From: an uncultured Deinococcales bacterium
Lineage (GTDB): Bacteria; Deinococcota; Deinococci; Deinococcales; JAAFIG01
DNA length: 22,674 bases
Reading direction: 5' to 3'
Assembly (NCBI GenBank): GCA_964247135.1
Contig: CAXTTL010000003.1
Coordinates: forward strand, 45,924-68,597
Shown: one piece after another, positions 1 through 8,424 of the stretch
How positions within the stretch are numbered: position 1 is the first letter of the stretch
How the letters are laid out: each line of letters starts with the position of its first letter
Notes under the pieces: model-generated
Seen by the model: only the letters and a program-made list of their open reading frames with translations
The model's database searches: none
What the model was told of the DNA's origin: nothing
Program-made: the position numbers and the translations under genes

Positions 1-159
1 CCTCGAGTGGCTTGAAGGACGCGCCGCTCGAGCCACCCGCGCATGAATTCTTGGTATTTGACCCTGAACATTATCGGGAAATGCTTGAAGTTGCAGCCTT
101 GCACCTCGAATACCTCGAGCAAGTAGATGACACGTGCAGCCTTTTGATGCGCGACAGAC

Positions 160-165
160 TATAGT
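160..165 (+). promoter_or_regulatory. -10 box (TATAGT) of a putative leaderless transcript of the MalT-like gene
   Basis: TATAGT lies 6 nt (caaccc) before the ATG at 172. No SD sequence is visible. The same geometry recurs at four other genes in the window. Confidence 0.6.
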
Positions 166-171
166 CAACCC

Positions 172-2898
172 ATGAGCACCGCAGTTTTAGCCACCAAACT
201 GTACATCCCCCTGCCTCGAGCGCAACTTGTGCCGCGCCCTCGTCTGATTGAACGGCTGAACGAGGGGCTGCGCCGTAAACTGACCCTGATCTCTGCGCCC
301 GCCGGCTTTGGTAAAACCACGCTGGTCAGCGAATGGGTCGCCAATTGCAACAGACCTGTCGCTTGGCTGTCATTGGATCAAGGGGACAGTGATCCGACCC
401 GTTTTTTGACGTATCTCATCACGGCTTTGCAGGCGGTTGCGCCCAACATTGGGGAAGGCTTGCTGGGTGCGCTTCAATCCCCTCAGTCACCACCAACCGA
501 ATCGATCCTCACCGCGCTGCTCAACGTCATTGCCACCATCTCGGAGGACTTTGTTTTGGTGCTTGACGACTACCACTTGATCGATGCCAAACCAGTCGAT
601 CAGGCGCTCGGCTATTTGCTCGAGCACCTGCCAGCACAAATGCACTTGTTAATCACCACCCGTGAGGACCCCAATCTGGGGCTGGCTCGGTTGCGTTCCC
701 GCGATCAATTGACCGAATTTCGCGTGACAGACTTGCGTTTTATCCCTTCGGAAGCCGCCGAATTTCTTAATGCTGTGATGAATTTTAAGCTTTCAACCGA
801 AGAGGTTGCCGCTTTGGAAACCCGAACCGAAGGCTGGATTGCGGGTCTGCAATTGGCGGCACTCTCATTGCGGGGACATCAAGACGTTGCTGGATTCATT
901 CAAGCCTTCGCCGGAGACCACCGCTACATTGTCGATTACCTGGTCGAAGAGGTCTTGCAGCGCCAGCCCGAAGCGACCCGAAGCTTCCTGCTTCAGACCG
1001 CCATCTTAGATCGTTTGAATGGTGCGCTGTGCGATGCCGTTACCGGGCAGCCAGGCGGAAAAGCGCGACTCGAGACCTTGCAACGGGGCAATTTTTTTCT
1101 GATTCCGCTGGACGATAAACGCCACTGGTATCGTTATCACCATCTTTTTGCCGATGTGCTGCTGATGCACCTGAACTCGGAGCAGCCCGATCAGGTTTCT
1201 GCTCTGCATTCACGGGCGAGCTTATGGTTCGAGCAGAGCGGCTTGGTTGCCGATGCGATCCGGCACGCGCTGGCGGCTGAGGATTTCGAGCGGACGGCGG
1301 ACCTGATCGAACGGGCTGTGCCTGCCATGCGCCGAAGCAGACAGGAGTCCACGGTACTCGGCTGGCTCGAGCTGCTCCCCAAGGCACTCTTTGAGCGCAG
1401 ACCCGTGCTCAGCATTCACTTCGCTGGAACCTTGCTCTCGAGCGGCAAGTTCGAGGGTGTTGACGCTCGACTGCGCGATGCAGAACGCTGGCTGGACTCA
1501 AGAGCCGATATTGGCGAGCGACCACCATCGGCTGAGCTGGTCGTTGTGGATGAAGAGGAATTCCGCAGCTTGCCTGGTTCAATCGCCGTTTTCCGTGCCG
1601 CACATGCCCTGGCTTTGGGTCATGTGCTCCACAGTGTGAAACACGCTCAGCGGGCGCTTGATCTTTTGCCCGATGAAAACCATCACGGGCGCGGGGCTGC
1701 ATCGGGACTTTTGGGACTTACCTATTGGACGACTGGTGATCTCGAGGCGGCGCAACAATCGTATGCCGAATGTATGACCAGGTTGCTGAGGATTGGTCAC
1801 AACCCTGACGCGATTGGCATCAGCATTGCCTTGGCGGACATACGGATTGTGCAAGGTCGTCTGCTCGAGGCGATGAGACTCTATGAACGCGGACTGCAAC
1901 TTGCCACCGAGCAGGCTGGGCTGGCGTTGCGGGGCGCGGCAGACATGTATGTCGGGATGAGCGAACTGATGCGTGAGCACAACGATTTGAATGCCGCCAG
2001 GCAGCACCTCCTGAAAAGCCAGGAACTTGGGGAGTTCAATGGCTTACCGCAAAATCAGTATCGCTGGCGCGTGGCGATGGCTCGAGTACACGAAGCCCAG
2101 GGTGACTTGGAAGGCGCACTCGAGTTGCTCCTCGAGGCAGAGCGCTTTTATGTGAGTGATTTTTTTCCAAACGTGCGCCCTGTTGCCGCCTTGAAGACAC
2201 GGATTTGGCTCGCGCAAGGCAGGTTGGGAGATGCCCTCAGTTGGGTACGTGAGCAGCACCTGTACGCTCAGGACGACCTGAGTTATCTGCACGAGTTTGA
2301 ACACATCACCCTGGCGCGGGTGCTTTTGGCTGACCGATCCACCCTTGACGCAATGCAACTGCTCGAGCGTCTCCTGAGCGCAGCACAAGAGGGCGGAAGG
2401 ATGGGCAGCGTCATCGAAATCCTGGTCTTGCAGGGGCTTGCTTTTCAGGCACAAAACAACCTGCCCGCCGCGCTCGAGGCTTTACAGCAAGCCTTGACGC
2501 TGGCGGAACCTGAAGGCTACATCCGCATGTTCCTGGATGAAGGCGCACCAATGTTGGAACTGCTGCACGAAGTTGCCGTACACAAGATCGTGCCAAACTA
2601 TACGGGCAGGCTGCTGGCAGAATTTGAAGTGGAGCAACAAAACGCAGGCGATCCTCTCACTCCGAACTTGCACGGGCAAGCGTCCCATGCCTTACAGCCG
2701 CCGCTCGAGACTCTGAGTCAGCGCGAGCTTCAAGTGCTGCGCTTGCTTAAAACCGAATTGAACGGACCGGAAATGGCGCACGAACTCAGGGTGTCCTTGA
2801 ACACCTTGCATACGCACACCAAAAACATTTACAGCAAGCTCGGGGTCAACAAACGTCGGGCGGCGGTTCGCCGCGCCGAAGAACTCGAGTTGTTGTAG
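172..2898 (+). CDS. MalT-like ATP-dependent LuxR-family transcriptional regulator (STAND ATPase, TPR-like sensor, C-terminal LuxR HTH)
   Basis: 908 aa. N-terminal TKL..P...LVPRPRL motif, Walker A APAGFGKTT, Walker B LVLDDYH, TEGWIAGLQL and YRYHHLF motifs. C-terminal LSQRELQVLRLL...TLHTHTKNIYSKLGV. Confidence 0.95.
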   Translation: MSTAVLATKLYIPLPRAQLVPRPRLIERLNEGLRRKLTLISAPAGFGKTTLVSEWVANCNRPVAWLSLDQGDSDPTRFLTYLITALQAVAPNIGEGLLGALQSPQSPPTESILTALLNVIATISEDFVLVLDDYHLIDAKPVDQALGYLLEHLPAQMHLLITTREDPNLGLARLRSRDQLTEFRVTDLRFIPSEAAEFLNAVMNFKLSTEEVAALETRTEGWIAGLQLAALSLRGHQDVAGFIQAFAGDHRYIVDYLVEEVLQRQPEATRSFLLQTAILDRLNGALCDAVTGQPGGKARLETLQRGNFFLIPLDDKRHWYRYHHLFADVLLMHLNSEQPDQVSALHSRASLWFEQSGLVADAIRHALAAEDFERTADLIERAVPAMRRSRQESTVLGWLELLPKALFERRPVLSIHFAGTLLSSGKFEGVDARLRDAERWLDSRADIGERPPSAELVVVDEEEFRSLPGSIAVFRAAHALALGHVLHSVKHAQRALDLLPDENHHGRGAASGLLGLTYWTTGDLEAAQQSYAECMTRLLRIGHNPDAIGISIALADIRIVQGRLLEAMRLYERGLQLATEQAGLALRGAADMYVGMSELMREHNDLNAARQHLLKSQELGEFNGLPQNQYRWRVAMARVHEAQGDLEGALELLLEAERFYVSDFFPNVRPVAALKTRIWLAQGRLGDALSWVREQHLYAQDDLSYLHEFEHITLARVLLADRSTLDAMQLLERLLSAAQEGGRMGSVIEILVLQGLAFQAQNNLPAALEALQQALTLAEPEGYIRMFLDEGAPMLELLHEVAVHKIVPNYTGRLLAEFEVEQQNAGDPLTPNLHGQASHALQPPLETLSQRELQVLRLLKTELNGPEMAHELRVSLNTLHTHTKNIYSKLGVNKRRAAVRRAEELELL

Positions 2899-2960
2899 CA
2901 AAGCCGTAAATACCAACCCTCAGGGCTTTTTCCAACCTTCAGCACCTCCTGATGAAGCTC

Positions 2961-2991
2961 TCACCACAAGTGGTGATGACAGCTCACCACA
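2961..2991. promoter_or_regulatory. Putative operator: TCACCAC-aa-GTGGTGA palindrome plus a third TCACCAC half-site, upstream of a TACCTT -10-like box (3000-3005)
   Basis: Perfect 7-bp inverted repeat at 2961-2976 and an extra TCACCAC at 2984-2990. It lies between the regulator and the downstream gene cluster. Confidence 0.6.
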
Positions 2992-3078
2992 TTCGCTTGT
3001 ACCTTCTGATTCAAGAAAGGAACGCATGGCAACGAGGTGGAGATTCATCCATTAAAAGGAACATGCACAAGGTGCGGC

Positions 3079-3390
3079 ATGAGGGCAATACACGGATCAA
3101 CGGACGAGCATCACGCGCCTGGACTGTATGAGATTCGTATCAAGGGACGCCTTGATGACCGCTGGGCAGATTGGTTCGGAGGCGTAAAAATCACGCTTGA
3201 AGCCAACGGAAACACGCTTTTGATTGGTCCAGTGGTTGATCAAGCCGCGTTGCATGGCTTGCTCAGGAAGGTGCGCGATTTGGGAATGCCACTCATCTCG
3301 GTGAATCAGGTTGATCCCAAACAGGCAAACGAACCAGATGTCAACGCGAACACCGTTCACCATCGCCAGCAAAAGGAGAAAAACACATGA
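3079..3390 (+). CDS. Small conserved hypothetical protein (YEIRIKGRLDDRWADWF...DQAALHGLLRKVRDLG type)
   Basis: Recognisable conserved ~70-aa core. ATG 3079 preferred over GTG 3037. The stop overlaps the next in-frame ATG at 3387 (ATGA). Confidence 0.8.
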   Translation: MRAIHGSTDEHHAPGLYEIRIKGRLDDRWADWFGGVKITLEANGNTLLIGPVVDQAALHGLLRKVRDLGMPLISVNQVDPKQANEPDVNANTVHHRQQKEKNT

Positions 3391-3416
3391 ACATCAATCA
3401 CCAGAAGGAGAGCAAC

Positions 3417-4097
3417 ATGACGATCACAACCTCGAGTCTCATCCGTTGGACGGGTTTATGCGCCGTGATAGCAGGACTCATTTTCGTGGGCATTCAGCCA
3501 ATCCATCCACTCGATGCCGTTTCATCTGTCAACACCACCGCATGGAGTATCATCACCCCTTTGAAGACGGTCATGTGCCTTCTGTTTCTGCTCGGCACTA
3601 CGGGAATGTACGCCAGGCAGGTCAAAGAGTCCGGTTGGCTTGGTCTGATCGGCTACCTGATGTTGAGTTTGTGTTGGGCGCTCGAACTGGTTTTTATCTT
3701 TGCCGAAGCCTTTATCATGCCGCCGTTGGCAAGCGTGGCTCCGAAGTTTGTCGAAGGTTTCTTTGGAATTTTCAATGGACACCCGATTGATATGAACCTC
3801 GGCTCTCTCCCAACACTCTGGAATCTCGTCGGAGCAATGTATATTTTGGGGAGCCTGGTTTTTGGCATCGCCACCTTCCGCGCCAGTGTCCTGCCGCGTT
3901 GGGCATCCGGTTTGCTAATCGCCGCAGCCGTGTTGACCCCAACGGCGTTTCTGCTTCCGCACCCGCTGAACCGAATTGTGGCGGTGCCGACAGGTTTGGC
4001 GCTGGCTTGGCTGGGTTATGCGCTCTGGTCTGAACGGCGCGAGAAAGCCTCGGAATCCTTGCCTGGCACGGCAAGCCCCAAACTCGTCCAAACCTGA
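3417..4097 (+). CDS. Integral membrane protein of unknown function, about 6 TM helices
   Basis: Several hydrophobic segments. AAGGAG SD before ATG 3417. An alternative in-frame start at 3387 also has AAGGAG. Confidence 0.85.
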   Translation: MTITTSSLIRWTGLCAVIAGLIFVGIQPIHPLDAVSSVNTTAWSIITPLKTVMCLLFLLGTTGMYARQVKESGWLGLIGYLMLSLCWALELVFIFAEAFIMPPLASVAPKFVEGFFGIFNGHPIDMNLGSLPTLWNLVGAMYILGSLVFGIATFRASVLPRWASGLLIAAAVLTPTAFLLPHPLNRIVAVPTGLALAWLGYALWSERREKASESLPGTASPKLVQT

Positions 4098-4130
4098 TCT
4101 GATTCAGTGTGCTGGAAACGGCATCAAGCG

Positions 4131-4156
4131 GACAAGCGACAATATTGTCGCTTGTC
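4131..4156. repeat. Perfect 26-bp intergenic palindrome (hairpin or binding site)
   Basis: GACAAGCGACAAT|ATTGTCGCTTGTC with no spacer and no clear U-tract. Confidence 0.75.
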
Positions 4157-4252
4157 GCATTGTCTCCTCGAGAATCACCCTCTGAACCAACGTCTTCGGC
4201 ACGCACTGTGAAATGCGCACAGTCTCGCGTTCATCCGTCCAAGGAGCCAGAC

Positions 4253-5011
4253 ATGAAAACAAAAGTCTCCGCTGACTCTCGAGCCTCCAATGTGCCTCAG
4301 CCCGATGAATTCGGGAAACCCTCGTCTCGGAAAACCAAAACGCCAGCAACAGCAAGTTCAGCAGGCTGGCTCGTAACCGCTGGGCTGCTCATGCTCGGCT
4401 TTATTCCGATCGCTGGCGGCATTTTCCGCATCACCCAGTTGGCTGGCGGTGCCCCAATCACACCCGCCAACGCACGGTTCTTTGCCTCGCCCCTGCCGGT
4501 GGTGTTGCACATCGTGAGCGTCACCATTTTTTCCCTTCTGGGAGCCTTTCAGTTTTTTCCAGGTTTCCGTCGTCGCCGTCCCGCCTGGCACCGAGCTGCG
4601 GGGCGGATTCTGATCCCGTTTGGTCTGGTGGCTGCGCTTTCGGGGCTGTGGATGACCCTTTTCTATCCCTGGGCTGAGGGTGACGGTGTGATCCTTTACG
4701 GCTTGCGGCTGCTCTTCGGGACGCTCATGCTGGGGTCGATTCTGCTCGGTGTCGCAGCAATCGGGCGGCGGGACTTTGTTCGGCACGGCAATTGGATGAT
4801 GCGCGGCTATGCAATTGGTTTGGGAGCTGGCACGCAGGCGTTGACCCAATTGCCTTGGTTTGTACTTTTTGGCAAGCCAAACGAATTCACCAAGGCGCTA
4901 CTGATGGGCGCGGGCTGGGTGATCAATCTGGTGGTGGTCGAATGGATCATCCGCAAGCGACGAAACCCACCAATCCGCACGGTATCAACCGTTGTTTCCC
5001 AGATGCAATAA
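4253..5011 (+). CDS. DUF2306-like predicted membrane protein
   Basis: AAGGAG SD before ATG 4253. Motifs LHI....F..LGAFQF, WHR..GR and H..WMMRGYAIG are typical of this family, with several TM helices. Confidence 0.85.
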   Translation: MKTKVSADSRASNVPQPDEFGKPSSRKTKTPATASSAGWLVTAGLLMLGFIPIAGGIFRITQLAGGAPITPANARFFASPLPVVLHIVSVTIFSLLGAFQFFPGFRRRRPAWHRAAGRILIPFGLVAALSGLWMTLFYPWAEGDGVILYGLRLLFGTLMLGSILLGVAAIGRRDFVRHGNWMMRGYAIGLGAGTQALTQLPWFVLFGKPNEFTKALLMGAGWVINLVVVEWIIRKRRNPPIRTVSTVVSQMQ

Positions 5012-5079
5012 GTTTCGACACAGACCCCGAGAGCCATATCGGGCGATTCGAGGAGCAAAAACCCAGAACAGCCATTGAC

Positions 5080-5285
5080 CGAGTTTGTCCACTGGCGAGC
5101 GTCCCGAACTCAATCCGCGACCTCGAAGTCTTGAGCCTGCTGGCACGGGGCGACACCCACAAAGAAATCGCTGGCGATTTGCGCATGCCACCGTTCACTT
5201 GCAGGTGCGTTCGATTTTTTCAAAACCCAACGTTTCAATCCGAACGGCTGCGACAAGACTGGCACTCGAGCGTGGTTTGATTTGA
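5080..5285 (+). pseudogene. Frameshifted remnant of a LuxR-type HTH domain
   Basis: One frame gives SIRDLEVLSLLARGDTHKEIAGDLRM (from 5110). After a frameshift near 5185-5190, another frame gives TVHLQVRSIFSKPNVSIRTAATRLALERGLI* (to 5285). No N-terminal domain or start. The 5' boundary is approximate. Confidence 0.75.
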
Positions 5286-5307
5286 GGCTCGAGATTCCAG
5301 AATTGAA

Positions 5308-8181
5308 TTAGGGTTTTGACATTCTGGATGCTGGGATCAGTGCCACATCAGTTGTCTCGAGCGCAAACTTGACGGCTTCCTCAAGTTCCATCAACCTGCC
5401 CTCTTGCCAGGCTGATTGAAAACCCGCTTCGTCCATTTGAGATTTGGCTCGAGCCACAAACCGTTCTTGGCGAGCTTGCCAGGAGGCGATCATCGGAGAA
5501 TGGATTTCCTCGCGTAGCCGATCTGACACGCCCCACAAACGAGCGGCACGCCTGGCATCGTTGTGCTCCAGCGCCAGGCTGGCAAAATTCTCGAGTGAAA
5601 AGGTCATGCCCCAACGGTCATTTTGGGCATGGCGGTACTCGAGAACCTGACAAGCCAACTTCCGTGCCGTGTTCAGGTCGCCCAAATCGAGCGTGACGAC
5701 GCTCAGGTTGTCTTTGGCGAGGACAACCAAGAACAAGTTGTGTAAGTTTGCAGCCACCACAATCGCCTCTTCCAATTGGGTTTTTGCTGCCCTCAAGTCG
5801 CCCCGCAGCCAGGCGATATAGCCAAGGTTGCTGAGGTTGAGCGCATGGTCGGCGGTTTGATGCCGACCCAGCTTGCGCAGCAGGCTCAAACTTTCTTGGA
5901 ACAGTGTCCAGGCTTGATCGATGTTGCCAGAACCTTCGGCTAAACTTCCCAGCACAACCAAGGCTACGGCAACAAGCTCATCATCGCCCAGCTTCCGCGC
6001 CAGCCCCAGACCCGCCTCGGCATGGTTTTTGCCGCCTTCAATGTCGCCTTGAAGGCTCGCTTCGTGCGCCAAAAGTACGTAGCTTCTGATCGCAACCGCC
6101 TCGAGTCCCAGAGAGTCGGCAAGGGACAGTGCCTCTTGTCCGTACATGACCGCCAAAGCGCGGTCGCTTTGCCTTGACATGATCCGTCCAGCGTTCAGCA
6201 GCGCCCGCGCCCGTTCCTCGGTTGGCGCGGCTGCCCCAGGCTGCGACAGCAGTGTGGTGAACCAGTGTCTGCCCTCGCTGACATAACCCTGTGTCTCCCA
6301 AAAGGGTGCGAGGGTATTCGCCAGACGCAGACTGAACATGACCTCATGGCGCTCGAGCGACCACGCCAGTGCCGCCAGTGCGTTTTGATGCTCCGCCTTG
6401 CAGCATCTGATGTGTGTTTCTACTCCAATCTTCTGACTGGTTTCGATCAAGTCCAAAATGCAGTGTACATGTTTGGTTCTGGTTTCTTGCTCTGCACTTG
6501 GCTCGAGTTTTTCACTGGCGAACTGGTGCAGCAGGGCATGGAAGTCATAACGACCCTCGAGGTTGAGCCGCAACAGGGATTTGTCCACCAATGAGGTCAG
6601 CAGCGGAATGGTGGCTTCTGCGACCACACTGGCGGCTTCGCGGCTAAAGCCACCGACAAACACCGAGAGCTTGGCGAGGACGGTTTGCTCTTTGGGTTTC
6701 AGCAAGTTCCAGGAATACTCAAACACCGCCCTTAAACTTTGGTGCCGCTCGAGCATATTTCGAGAGGGCGACTCGAGTCCGTCCAAGATTTTGGCGATGT
6801 CCCCTGCCAGATCAGCCATCGACAATGACCGCAACCACACCGCCGCAAGTTCAATCCCCAAGGGCGAACCGGCGACAAATTTGCAAATGCTCAACACGTG
6901 CGGCAGGGTTTCAACACTCAGGGCAAACTCGAGCCGCGCACGCTTGGCACGCTGCACAAAAAGTTTGACCGCATCGTTGTACTCGAGTGCTGCAAGCTCG
7001 AGGCGGTCGGTACCAGGAAGTGGCAAACCCTCGAGACTGAGCACAAATTCTTCCTCGAGGTTGAGCCGTTCCCTCGAGGTGACCACGATGCTCAAGTTGG
7101 CACAAACCTCGAGCAATTCTGAGACCATCAACGCCCCGTCCATCAGGTGCTCGAAGTTGTCCAGCACCAGCAACAGGCGCTTGTGACCGATCCAAGTTTT
7201 CACGGCAGCCAGGGCATCGTCCTTGACCTTGATCCCCAGGCTTTGCGCCAGCGCCAGCGGAATCTGATCGGCTTCGCTCAAGGCGTCCAGAGCAACGAAG
7301 TAGATGCCGTCGCGGAAATTGGTCTCAAACAGTTGCCCCATTGCCAGTTGCAACGCCAAACGGGTCTTGCCGATGCCGCCCGACCCCAGCAGGGTGATCA
7401 ATCGCACGCCTGGTTGAGCGATCATCTGCCCCAATTCGACCAGTTCGGAGTCGCGCCCAATAAACGAGGTCTTGGGACGCGGCAGGTTGTTGGCAACGGC
7501 TTGCACCTCAAAACTGCCCTCAGAGGTTTCTTTGAAGTAGCGACCTCGAGCATCGTCTGGGCTGAGGTTCAACTCGAGGTCGTATTCTGCCGCCTGTTTT
7601 CTGACCTCCGCCGCCAGGATGCTGTTCCCAGCCACCAGCAAGGGATACAGTCGCTCGAGGTCTTCTGGATCGTGGTTGTGCCGCCCAATCTGATAAGCTT
7701 GTTCAGCCCAGCGCAGGCTGAGATCAAACGCACCCCTGGCAGCCTCGAGTTCAGCTTCCCGAATGAACGCGCCGCGCACCCTGGCAGCCATAAATTCCCT
7801 GGTGCTGCCCACCCACTCCTCGAGTTCGACACCCCAATCGGGCAAGGAAAATTCGGTCAGAAAGCCGCCCTGGTACAGCTCTGCGACCCGTTCAGTCTCT
7901 TGATTGGCGAGGGCGGTCTGCAAGGCGGCAACGTCGCTCTCGACCTGTGTGCCGACGGTGCGCTCATCGCTCGAGAGCAATTCGGGACTGACCTCACGCA
8001 GCAGCTTGCTCACCACCCGCAAACTGTTGGCAGGATTGGCAGCATCCGACCAGAACAGTTCGTATAAATGTCGTTTCTCTTTTGCCCCTTCCACCGCCAG
8101 GTACGCCAGCAGCAACAAAGGTTTGGGGCGGCTGAAGTCGCTTGGCTCGAGGGTCAAGCCCCCCAGGGTTTTCAGGTGCAT
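5308..8181 (-). CDS. AfsR/SARP-like STAND regulator: N-terminal wHTH/BTAD-like region, NB-ARC-like ATPase, TPR repeats
   Basis: 957 aa. N-terminal LKTLGGLTLE...KPLLLLAYLA...LFW, then NNLP...TSFIGR, Walker A GSGGIGKTR, Walker B LLVLDNFEH, TSRERL, GSPLGIELAA and C-terminal TPR-like helices. Confidence 0.92.
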   Translation of the reverse strand: MHLKTLGGLTLEPSDFSRPKPLLLLAYLAVEGAKEKRHLYELFWSDAANPANSLRVVSKLLREVSPELLSSDERTVGTQVESDVAALQTALANQETERVAELYQGGFLTEFSLPDWGVELEEWVGSTREFMAARVRGAFIREAELEAARGAFDLSLRWAEQAYQIGRHNHDPEDLERLYPLLVAGNSILAAEVRKQAAEYDLELNLSPDDARGRYFKETSEGSFEVQAVANNLPRPKTSFIGRDSELVELGQMIAQPGVRLITLLGSGGIGKTRLALQLAMGQLFETNFRDGIYFVALDALSEADQIPLALAQSLGIKVKDDALAAVKTWIGHKRLLLVLDNFEHLMDGALMVSELLEVCANLSIVVTSRERLNLEEEFVLSLEGLPLPGTDRLELAALEYNDAVKLFVQRAKRARLEFALSVETLPHVLSICKFVAGSPLGIELAAVWLRSLSMADLAGDIAKILDGLESPSRNMLERHQSLRAVFEYSWNLLKPKEQTVLAKLSVFVGGFSREAASVVAEATIPLLTSLVDKSLLRLNLEGRYDFHALLHQFASEKLEPSAEQETRTKHVHCILDLIETSQKIGVETHIRCCKAEHQNALAALAWSLERHEVMFSLRLANTLAPFWETQGYVSEGRHWFTTLLSQPGAAAPTEERARALLNAGRIMSRQSDRALAVMYGQEALSLADSLGLEAVAIRSYVLLAHEASLQGDIEGGKNHAEAGLGLARKLGDDELVAVALVVLGSLAEGSGNIDQAWTLFQESLSLLRKLGRHQTADHALNLSNLGYIAWLRGDLRAAKTQLEEAIVVAANLHNLFLVVLAKDNLSVVTLDLGDLNTARKLACQVLEYRHAQNDRWGMTFSLENFASLALEHNDARRAARLWGVSDRLREEIHSPMIASWQARQERFVARAKSQMDEAGFQSAWQEGRLMELEEAVKFALETTDVALIPASRMSKP

Positions 8182-8187
8182 TCATCA

Positions 8188-8193
8188 ACTATA
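8188..8193 (-). promoter_or_regulatory. -10 box (TATAGT on - strand) of a putative leaderless transcript of the STAND regulator
   Basis: The minus strand reads TATAGT-tgatga-ATG (6-nt spacer). The hexamer is identical to the one before the MalT-like gene. Confidence 0.6.
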
Positions 8194-8226
8194 GATCAGC
8201 CAACAAACTCGAGACCCTGATTGTGC

Positions 8227-8260
8227 GATCACGCCTTGATAATGCCGATTTCTTTAATTT
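8227..8260 (+). promoter_or_regulatory. Putative activator-dependent promoter, copy 1 (GATCACG-N4-GATAATG, N10, TAATTT)
   Basis: 8227-8246 is 19/20 identical to 8755-8774. A TANNNT box lies 10 nt after the second heptamer in both copies. Confidence 0.6.
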
Positions 8261-8277
8261 GTCTCAAAGGAGAACCA

Positions 8278-8424
8278 TTGAAAAGACCAACTCGAGATTC
8301 AAAACCCTCAGATCAGTCTGCGCTTGAAACCGCCCCTTCGGTCAACTTCAAGCTCGAGTCAAAATCTTGTCCCGATGCCCACTTTTCAGATGTCAAGGTA
8401 TTCCCTGCGAGGTATAACCCATGA
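8278..8424 (+). CDS. Possible small ORF, 48 aa, unknown function
   Basis: AAGGAG SD before TTG 8278, directly downstream of promoter copy 1. The stop overlaps the next ATG (ATGA). No recognisable motif. Confidence 0.3.
   Translation: MKRPTRDSKPSDQSALETAPSVNFKLESKSCPDAHFSDVKVFPARYNP

Noticed and set aside
3-164. Open frame running in from the window edge (…HEFLVFDPEHYREMLEVAALHLEYLEQ…*)
   Set aside because: It could be the 3' end of an upstream gene, but it has no start or recognisable motif, so it cannot be supported.
4109-4252. N-terminal extensions in the ORF track (also 8737-8835, 22551-22574 and 3037-3078)
   Set aside because: Downstream ATGs have better SD sequences and, for the exported proteins, place signal peptides at the N-terminus. 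Some extensions run through palindromes or promoters.
7147-8067. 306-aa + strand ORF, and similar long ORFs at 16920-17771, 18886-19659 and 13575-14333
   Set aside because: Antisense shadows of well-supported - strand genes, expected in GC-rich DNA, with no motifs.
5308-8181. STAND protein as an Avs-type antiphage effector
   Set aside because: The N-terminus looks like a DNA-binding/BTAD activator region, not a nuclease, TIR, SIR2 or protease effector.
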